Positions 51,101-60,800 of a stretch of DNA of 64,000 bases are shown in pieces (within the stretch, counting starts at the first letter, position 1; each line of letters opens with the position of its first letter). Both the position numbers and the translations under genes were made by a program. The notes beneath the pieces are model-generated. The model was given only the letters and a program-made list of their open reading frames with translations. It made no database searches and was not told where the DNA came from. This DNA comes from Azolla caroliniana (taxonomy: Eukaryota; Plantae; Polypodiophyta): the NCBI GenBank assembly GCA_043228905.1, contig JBHGNT010000005.1, positions 18,600,001 to 18,664,000 on the forward strand, given 5' to 3'.

Positions 51101-53599
51101 TTCGAAAGGCTATCTACGGCAAAGACACTCTGATTTACGTGACTGTAGACACGAGTCTGACCAGGATTGGATGGGTGATCAACCAAGAGGATGACGATGG
51201 TGCGAGGTTCCCCATCCGGTTCGGCGCGAAAGTCCTCAGTGAGTGACAACGAGGATACGCCCAGGTTAAACGTTAACTCTAGGGTATTGTTTCGGCGGTC
51301 AAGGCCGATAAAGACTACCTGATCGGGACAAAGGTGATAATCGAGACGGACTGCTTGCCGATTCTCAGCATGGTTTCCGGATGCGCGATGCCGGACCTGG
51401 TAATGCTCAGGTGGATAGCGTACATCAAGTCCCTGAATCTGGAAATACGACACATTTCCGAAAAAGACAGTGCCATGGTTGACATGCTTTCGAGAGCGAG
51501 GTTCGATGACGAGGACGGCATGGTTTCGGAGGACGAGGAAGTCGGCATGGACTTCTTCGAGGCGGCTTACGTAACAACAAGAAAGGGGAGCACTCCGGCG
51601 CTTAACGAATTCGACGAGAGCAAGTACGACGGGGAGTGGCTCCAGATCGGCGGGTTCCTAAGGACAATGACACCGGATGCGGCGTGGACGAAGGATGAGA
51701 CCAACTGGATTTGGAAGAAAGCATACCGATTCTTCCTACGGGACGGGAGCATATGGAAGCACCCAAAGAAGAGAAATGACATCCGGCTCCGAGTGGTGGC
51801 GAAGAAAGAGGAACAGGGAGAATTGTTGACGGCATACCACGAGAGTCCCTGGGCCGGACATCGCGGGACGTGGGCCACATTCGAGAAGCTAAAGGGGAAG
51901 TACTGGTGGCCGGTACTATACTGGGACGTGCATCGGTTCGTGACGACTTGTGAAAGCTATCAGGTGCACTCCATAGTCCGACATCGGGATGAGCTTCACC
52001 CGACCTACTCTCCGACCGTCCACTTCAAGTGGATGGTGGATCTGGTAACGATGCCAATGGGGATAGGGCAGATGTGGTATCTGGTGCTGGCTCGGGAGGA
52101 CTTGACGAACCAGGTGGAAGGCCGAGCGTTGCAGAACAAAACGACTGCGGCCGTGTGCCAATTTCTGATCGAAGAAGTGGTATGCCGATACGGGTGCGTA
52201 GGTAAGATCTTGGTCGACCGTGGAGAATTGGACGCGCAAGAGGCGGAAGAGCTGTTTGACCGGCTAGGGATTAAACTCTCGCTCACCACAACGTACAATC
52301 CGGAGGCTAACGGGAAGGTGGAACACAAACACGGGCCGATCGTCAAAGCGTTAGTATGGGCGTGTGGGGGCCAAGTCGGGAACTGGCCGTGGCTCTTACC
52401 CTATGCGTTGTGGGTGGACCGAACTACGCATAGTTCGGTAACCGGGTTCATGCCGACAGAGCTAATGTATGGGCAGAAGCCGAAGATGCCAACGGAGCAG
52501 ACAATCTCCTCATGGGCCACGGTGGACTGGAAAGACGAGATGAGCCGGGAGGAGCTGTTAGCGGCATGGATTCGGCAGATGGAGTGAAGACCGGAGGACG
52601 TGGACCAAGCCGCGGAGAAGCTACGGGTGGCGAGGGTAAAGAAGAAAGGACGGTTCGACCGGACTCACCGACTGAGAACGAAGAAGATCGAGGAAGGCAA
52701 CTGGGTTCTAGTGTATGACAGCAACCTCGACAACCAACATAGGGCAACGCGGAAGTTTGCAAGAAGGTGGTTTGGGCCTTATGTGGTGACAAGTGCCAAC
52801 GACAATGGGACCTACCATCTTGCGGAGCTCAACGGGACAAGGATGGCGGTACCGGTGGCGGGAAAAAGGATAAAAGCATTCAAAAAGCGGCACGAGGCTG
52901 GATCGGACCTGCACGACCTGGATAGCGACAATGACCGGCTCGGAACGGATGTCGATCCGGAAGACGAAGGATAAGCGTGGGCCGGTCTTCTCCGGCAAGA
53001 GTCTAATATTGGCGCATACCGGTAGATGCACGGTTAGGTGGGGGCGGATGTCGTGGAGAAAATCATCCCTATGCAGAAACCGGGTATAACGTGCGTAAAC
53101 CGGCCCTTACACGTGGGCACAAGTTTTGTTGTACAGTACGTAGATAGGTACAAGTCGGTTGAGGTGAAATCCTAGGTAGCACGCATTACTTAGGGAGAAA
53201 ATCGAGGCGTTTCAGATAGGGAATAAACAAGATGTAACGGGTGGTAACAGCCTCCCTCCTTGGGCTATAAAAGAGAAGGAGAGGTATTGTAAAAGGGGAT
53301 CGCGTTTTTGTGAAGGACGAAGTGCTGCCGGATTGGAACCAAGCTCTTCTCCTCTGTCTTCTCCATAGTCGTTCTGTGCAGGTATTCGGGAGGCTGACTC
53401 TGCTCCGTGGAACGCCCGAGTGCTTCCAATAGAGTCTCCATCTCGCGTTCTGTGCGTGTGCGTGTGTGTGTGCAGGCGTCAGAGCCTATCACTCGCCGGC
53501 TTGCCGGTTGTAACTCCTTGATATATATATACATATACATTCGTTCTGTCTCCATTGTTCAGAGTCAGTTGCAACTCCTGCGAATTTGTGTGTCTATGC

Positions 53600-55962
53600 G
53601 CGCGTCTTCCATTCATTTCCCGGTCGGATCCACACGAGGTTATACGCTCCTCGTAGATCGATTTTGGTAAAAAACTTGGCACCATTAACTCGCTCCAAAA
53701 GACTTGATATAAGAGGAAGTGCATACCTATTCCGGATGGTGACCTTATTCAATCCGTGGTAATCAACGACGAGACGAAGTGAGCCATCTTTCTTCTTGAC
53801 AAAGAAGATGGGTGCACCGGCCGGAGATTTCGTATGACGGATGAACCCGCTTGCCAAGTTCTCCTCTATGTAGGCTCGAAGGACTTCTAACTCGGTGGGT
53901 GACAAGTTGTAAATTGGTCCCCATGGTGGCTCGGTTCCTGGTTGTAAATCGATGGGACAGTCATAGGGACGGTGATGAGGAAGGGTACCGGCTTTTACCT
54001 TGTCAAATACATCGGCATAAGGATGATATTTTGCCGGAAGTTTGTATTGAGGAGTCCTTCTTAATAGTGCTGGAAGGATGTACTGATATTGCAAATAGGA
54101 ACATTGCCTCCTTGTGTCCTTCTTCGCGTAATTGATGGAGTGAAATGGTCGAAACTTGGTGAGTAGATTCTTGGGGTGGTCGATAGCGGACTTCTCTTGT
54201 TCTCCAATCTATGGCTGGATTATGTAATTCAAACCAAGGTAATCCTAGGACAATGGGATGCTATGGACTACTAATTATATTAAATGATATTACACACACA
54301 AAACTACCTAGGACAAGTTGAATGGGTTCTGATTCTTCTACAATATTCCCGGAAGCAATGGGACGACCATCAATGACTACTACAGATGCGGGACAAGGAA
54401 GTTTTCTTAGGGATATCTGAGAAGCTTGGGCAAAATTTCGATCCATGAAACGGGAATTAGCTCCAGAATCTAAGAGTGCTAGGACGGGTACTGGGGGAGT
54501 ACTTTTAGTACTAACAATGACTTGGGCTAGGAACACATTGCTACCTTTCTTGGAAGGAATGGAACCACTAAGCTGTACAGATCTAGGGCTGCTGTCCAAC
54601 CAAACGGCTCCTACTTTGGCTGGACTCAATCGTTTAACTCTTCATCTAATTGACTAAGGATTTCAAATTTGTTTGAGATACTTGGGCTATTAGTAGTATG
54701 AATACTATCTGACACTCTATTAGTTTTATTAATACTATCAGACACTCTGAAGGGAAGAATTGACTCAGGTTTAATATAGGCGACGATTTGATTTACCTGT
54801 CTTCTTGGCCTATGGGGACAATTGATGGCGATATGCCCTGGTCCACCGCAATAAAGGCATAATCGATTGGCACGTCCTCGTTGCTTTTCTTCTTCCGATA
54901 ACGGGCCGTGTCGACGCATGGTGTCGATCTCCATCGGTGTCGGAATATTGGCTTGAGGTACATCGCGTGCAAACGGTTTAGCCGTGACTGAGGCGTATGT
55001 GCGTTCCGGCCGAGAGCGTGGTATTTGTAACTGACGCTCCGAACGTCGTTCGAAAAGGCGGTTGTCGCATCGGACCGCTCGACTGATTGCCTCCCTAAGA
55101 GACTTTGGTTCTTCGGGGAAGGTTAAAAAGCAGATCTTTGACATCATTGCGCAAGCCGTAGCGAAACTGCTCCATGATGGCCTGATCATCCCAGGGAATA
55201 TCTGAGGCGAGTAGACAGAAATCCGCCACGTAGGCAGAGGCTGGATGATCGCCTTGACGCAATCTTCGGATCTTGTTGATCGCCGTCCTGATGCTGTCGG
55301 TATCTCCAAAGCAGGCTTTAAACTCACCAATAAAATCTTCAAAGTTATTAAGCAAGGGGGATTGTTTTTCTAGAAGCGGAGCGAACCATGCCAAGGCTGA
55401 GCCGCTAAGTAACGTGCCTATTAGGCCGACTCGAGATGCATCAGTGGGATATCGGGAAGGATGCATCTGGATGACTAAGCGTACCTGATTAAGGAATCCC
55501 CGGAATTGCGATCGCGTTCCATCAAATTTCACAGGAAGTCCAATCTTGGGCTCTTTTTGAAATCCTTGGGGACTTGATCCTTGTTGTTGCGACGCTGCTT
55601 CGAGTTGTTGTACCCGTAATGCTAACTCCCCATGTTGTTGTTGCGTTTGTTATTTTTCGAGAGAGATTTGTTGCAGATCCCCTATCAACCGTTGGTTTTC
55701 TTGTTCCAGGGCAACAAACTTTTCTTTTAGGCACTGTAACTCGGAGAAAACGGATTGATATTCTTGGGCGCTAACAGTAGCCATAGTATAAGGAAAAGGG
55801 TAGGAGGATGAGGGAGAACGACAAGTAGGCTGGAGGAAAGGAAAAATTGGTTCAAACTGTCAGGAATAGTACTAAAGCAGAGATGGAATTAATACACAGA
55901 AGAGCAGTACTATTAGTACTAAGAGAACGGGACTGCGTAAAATTCCCGAGAGAGGAAGTCAG

Positions 55963-56007
<45 letters not shown>

Positions 56008-56326
56008 GAGGATGAGAGAGAGAGAAAGAGGATGTCAGCAGCTAATATATTATGTGAAAAGATAAGTACAAAGCGGCTGAGAGGCTTAAGACTGGTGTTG
56101 AACCAATTTGGTTCAACATAATGCCTAGTGCCTTCTTTTATAGTGTTGTCAGGAGTAATCCTGAAACTTCTAGAATGTTCCAGAGAAATCTGGAATATAC
56201 ATTACTTTCTTATAATAAAACATAAATGAAAATAATATCTTATGAATTACAATAGATGGTGTGATGGTTAAGAGCTCGACCCATATACCATAAGGTCATG
56301 GGTTCGAGTCTTGCCATCTCATGACA
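53600..56326 (-). mobile_element. 5' half of Tf1/sushi/Tcn1-like Gypsy element D (LTR 55858-56326, gag, PR, start of RT)
   Basis: LTR termini TGTCATGA...TCCTGACA; gag KFDGTRSQFRGF..LSGSALAW, CLYCGGPGHIAINC; PR LLDSGA; RT SPAGAPIFFVKKKDGSLRLVVDY..KIDLRGAY; truncated at EWKT. Confidence 0.88.
56254..56320 (+). ncRNA. tRNA-like module antisense at the outer end of the D LTR
   Basis: AGATGGTGTGATGGTTAAG...GGTCATGGGTTCGAGTCTTGCCATCT: A box TGGTGTGATGG, B box GGTTCGAGTC, closing stem AGATGG/CCATCT. Confidence 0.55.
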
Positions 56327-57225
56327 GTCACCGGTTCCGTCGTCGGATGCCGTCACTAGTTCCATCGCTAGATGCCATTCGCCGGTCGCCGGTTCCGTCA
56401 CCGTCGCCGTCCAGTCACCGATTGTTGGCTCCATCCAGTTGCCGATTATGTCATCGACTGGTTTGAGTTTTTTCACCGGCCGCTTCGAGCACTTAGCCAC
56501 ATATGTCCATCTAGAAAAAAGTGACTTAAGTCCAACTATTTTTTATGTGCTCTTAACACATAGATGAAATATGATGGATCTCAATCTAGTTATATAGTTG
56601 GAGCCTAAACTTTTCCTATCTATGTGGGATATTTCACAATTTTATTTTTCTCTTTTTCTTTTGCAAAACTTTATATCCACATAACTTGATACTTAGATGT
56701 CTATTTCTTATGTAGTAAAGTGCATTCGAAAGCTCTTCATGACCTCCATCTTTTTGTACCAAGACATTTAAACTTTTTCAAATCAGTATCTTTACTATTA
56801 TTGTTTTATGCGATTCATACTCGATTTCGTATGTTTTATGCAATTTTCACACCATTGCCGAAAATGTTCGCGACAACGTTGGAGGGTTTCGGTTGGGTCT
56901 TCTTCTACCTGTTCCTCCGTGGTTTCATGGTGCACCCTCTGGACCAGATTGTCCGTTTCCTTGTCCTATCGACACAACTTGATTTTGAACGCCTTGGTTG
57001 ACTTTTCCACCAGCATCACTGTCTCCGTTTGTTGCTCCAGCCTCGGCTACTCCTTTTTTATCTTCGTTGAACCCCTTGTCTGTTTTGTTTCCTTCTGCGT
57101 CGAACCTCCCTTTGTCCATCAGGGGCTATGCTTGGCCAAGATTTGTTGCCGTTTGGGTGGCTTGTTCGACGTTGTTTTTGCCTGTTGAGCATGCTTCTTT
57201 GCCTTAATGGTCAGCACTGGGGGTA

Positions 57226-57865
57226 TGTGAAGAGAAAAGCGCGGAATATAGCACGACCACAACTGAGGAATGAATCACTTCAATTAGAATCAAGCGCAAA
57301 AATTGGAAATGGGGAGAGAACGAACGTACACACACAAATAATAGAGAGTACACAGGATGTTTATGTGGAAAACCCTAATCGGGAAAAATGATGGGAGCCC
57401 ACGGGCTCTGAACTATCACTATATGAGAGGGCATACAAAGTGGAAACAGAGAGGCAACGACCTTGTGCTCACGATCTTTGCTAGACGGCGGTTACAACAG
57501 AGAGTGCTCGTAGCTACTCTCTCACTCTCTCGCTCTCTCTATCACTATATAACAGTTATACACATACAACGATATGACAACAACCATTTTAAAGTGATTG
57601 CCCTAAGTCATATTTATACTTATATGAACTTAGGGCTATTTACAAATATAGCCTCAATAGGCCTATTCAAAACATATTTACAAATATGTCTTCTCTTCCA
57701 GTTCTCACCAGGTCCATCTGATCCGGTTTCCGGATCTCTTCCGGTTCTCAACGGGTTCTCTTCATCCATAACCGGATCCCATCCGGAGGAACCGATTTCC
57801 CAACAATCTCCCCCTTCACTCTGGCATGGGATGTCTCGCAAGCCTGATCCGCTTTCAGCACGCGT
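57226..57865 (-). mobile_element. 3' LTR (57226-57805), PPT and pol tail of another Copia element, interrupted by F
   Basis: TGT...AACA termini; PPT TGAAGGGGGAGAT at 57806-57818; Copia-LTR-like GTGGAAAACCC...GGGAAAAA. Confidence 0.65.
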
Positions 57866-60800
57866 TGTCGAGGTATTCCTCGCGGATGCGTGGAATGAGG
57901 CGGAACCTCGGGGGTCCTGTACCAAAGAGCAAGAGAGGAAGGAGAAGAGACCCCCTACGTGTGAGCATAGATCCACAGGGACACGGCCCTTCGACGCAAA
58001 GACGCAAGCGGGACAGCGACACAGAAAGACACGAATGTATGTATGTATTAACAAAGACAAACAACAAGAACAAGAAGACAACAAAACACGAAGTCGGTTA
58101 CAATCGAGCAGGCCGGCGGACAGATGTCGATACCCGCTCGTAAACGCACAGAGAGGAAGGAGTAGGTTGGAGGTGCTGCCGGAAGCACTCGGGCATTCCT
58201 CAGAGCAGCGCGAGCCTCCCGAAACCTGCACAGAAGGAAGCTATGGTGTTTGCAAACCAGAGAGAGAGAGAGAAGCCTTCGCGCGCAAACCGACAGCACT
58301 TCGTCCTCGACTCTCCGCGATGTTTCGCCCCTCCTCGTCTCCCTCCTTTTATAGGCAAGGAAGGAGCCGTTTCCCCCTTTACTTCCTACCTACCGAATTC
58401 CTAGGATCTCCTATGTACAACATAAGGCGCCCGTGCATGAAGAGTCGGTTTCTACGCTCCAGTGCACCGATTCCGCTTGTGGACGGTTTTCTTCACGACA
58501 TTCACCCCCACCGAACTGCGCATCCACCGGCATGCGCCAAATTGTGTTGGGACGGAGAAAACCAGTCCAGCCTTCATTCTCTGCCCGTCGGTTCTTCCTC
58601 GGTTTCGGATTGCTCGTCGTCGCGGTCCAAGTCAACCGGATCCGGCTCGTTGTCGTGACGCTTCTTGAATGCTTTGATCCGCTTCCCAGCTACCGGTATC
58701 ACCATTCTCGTACCGTCGAGTTCCGCCAGATGGTACGTCCCGTTGTCGTTGGCGCTTTGTACCACGTAAGGCCCGAACCACCTTCTTGCGAACTTCCGTG
58801 TCGCTCGGTGCTGGTTGTCGAGGCTGCTGTCGTAGACTAGCACCCAGTCGCCTTCCTCGATCCTCTTCGGTCTGAGCCAGTGCGTTCGGTCGAACCGGGC
58901 TTTGTTCCTCGTCCTTGCCGCTCGAAGCTTTCCCGCGGCCTGCTCCACATCCTCCGGTCTTCGCTCGAGCTGTCGTATGCGCGCCGCCAACAGTTCCTCC
59001 CGGCTCATCTTGTCTCTCCAGTCCACGGTTGCCCATGAGGAGATCGTACGTTCCATTGGCATGATCGGCTTCTGCCCAAACATCAGCTCTGCTGGCATGA
59101 ATCCGGTTACCGAACTGTGCGTAGTTCGGTCCGCCCACAACGCGTAAGGCAACAGCCGCGGCCAGTTGCCGACTTGACCTCCACATGCCCGAACCAACAC
59201 CTTGACGATCGGTCCGTGTCCGCGCTCCACCTTCCCATTCGCCTCCGGATTGTATGCAGTGGTAATCGAGAGCTTGACTCCTAGCCGGTCGAACAGCTCC
59301 TCGGCCTCTTCGGCGTTCAACTCCCCGCGATCAGCCACGATCTTCCCGATGCACCCATACCGGCATATCACGTCCTCAATCAAGAACCGACATACGGCCG
59401 CGGTCGTTTTGTTTTGAAGGGCTCGGCCTTCTACCTGGTTCGTCAGATCTTCCCGAGCCAGGACCAGGTACCGCATCTGTCCTACTCCCATCGGCATCGT
59501 CACCAGATCTACCATCCATTTGAAGTGGATGGTCGGCGGGTACGTAGGGTGAAGGTCGTCCCGATGTCGGACTACGGAGTGCATCTGACAACTCTCACAA
59601 GTTGTCACGAACCGATGCACGTCCCGATACAGTCCCGGCCACCAGTACTTCCCCTTTATCTTCTCGAACGTGGCCCACGTTCCACGGTGTCCAGCCCAAG
59701 GGCTGTCGTGCTAGGCCGTCAGCAGCTCCTCCTGTTCTTCCTTCATCGCCACCACCCGGAGCGGGACGCCGTTCCTCTTCTTCGGGTGCTTCCATAAGTA
59801 TCCGTCCCGGAGAAAGAATCGGTAAGCTTTCTTCCGGACCCGGTTGGCCTCGTCCTTCGTCCATGACACATCCGGTGTCATTGTCCTCAAAAATCCACCG
59901 ATCTGTAGCCACTCGCCGTCGTACTTGCTCTCGTCGAAGCCGTTAAGTGCCGGAGTGCTCGCCCCGTCGGTCGTCACGTATGCCGCCTCGAAGAAGTCCA
60001 CGCCGACTTCTTCGTCCTCCGAAACCATGCCGCCCTCGTCATCAAACCTCGCCCTCGAAAGCATGTCGGCCATGGCGTTGTCTTTTCCGAAAATGTGTGG
60101 TATTTCCGGGTCCAGGGACTTGATGTACGCTATCCACCTGAGCATCGCCAGGTCCGGTGTTGCGCATCCGGAAACCATGCCGAGAATTGGCAGGCAATCC
60201 GTCTCGATAATCGCTTCTGCCCCGATCAGGTAGTCTTTGTCGGCCTTTACTGCCGAAACGATACCCCAGAGTTCGCGTTTAACGTGGGCGTACCCTCGCT
60301 GTCGCTCACTGAGGACCTTCGCGCCGAATAGGATCGGGAACCGAATGCCGTCCTCGTCTTCTTGGTTGACGACCCATCCGATCCCAGTCGGACTCGTATC
60401 CACCGTTATGTATACCGGGGTACCCTTCCCGTAGACAGCCTTCCGGAGCGCCGGTGCTGCCGCAAGAGCTTCCTTCAACTTCCGGACCGACTCCGTGTGC
60501 TCATCTCGCCATTCGAATTTTTGCCCATTCTTCAGCAACCCGTATAGCGGCTCCGCAACGTGGGCGTAATGCGGGATCCATATGTGGTAGAATGCGCATG
60601 CCCCCAGGAACCTCTGAACTTCCGTAACCGAGCTACAGTCGGTCTTCATCGCGGAGATGGCTTCTACCTTTGCCGGAGACGGCTTCCGACCATATGGCCC
60701 ACATAGGTGTCTGACTACCAGGATTTCCGATTGCCCGAAGGCCGATTTCTCCCCGGAGAAGGTGAGCCTCGCATCCTCTAGCCTTTGTAGCACCTTCTCG

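Larger units (their letters stand above)
26841..53603 (+). mobile_element. Ty3/Gypsy element B (degenerate). 5' LTR 26841-27424 + 47305-47391; internal region 47392-53048; truncated 3' LTR 53049-~53603
   Basis: Both LTRs start TGTCGTGGAGAAAA; PBS TGGTGAACCTGACGTGAA at 47396-47413; gag/PR (VDHGLE), RT (PFLDD), RH and IN fragments with many stops; PPT GGTGGGGGCGGA. Confidence 0.88.
26191..56875 (-). mobile_element. Solo LTR H2, split into 26191-26840 and ~56327-56875 by nested insertions B and D
   Basis: 26191-26840 aligns with the 3' part of H1 and ~56500-56875 with the 5' part (both reverse complement); termini TGTCGTGAAG / TTCGCGACA; flanks ACAT / ACGT (4-bp TSD with CpG decay). Confidence 0.7.

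Noticed and set aside
55858-56875. One 1-kb LTR for element D
   Set aside because: TGTCATGA/TCCTGACA at 56326/55858 is the better terminal match. The segment up to 56875 matches the H family and carries the TSD partner of 26191.
57357-58658. 433-aa plus-strand ORF
   Set aside because: Runs antisense across two unrelated LTRs and an insertion junction; a chance open frame.
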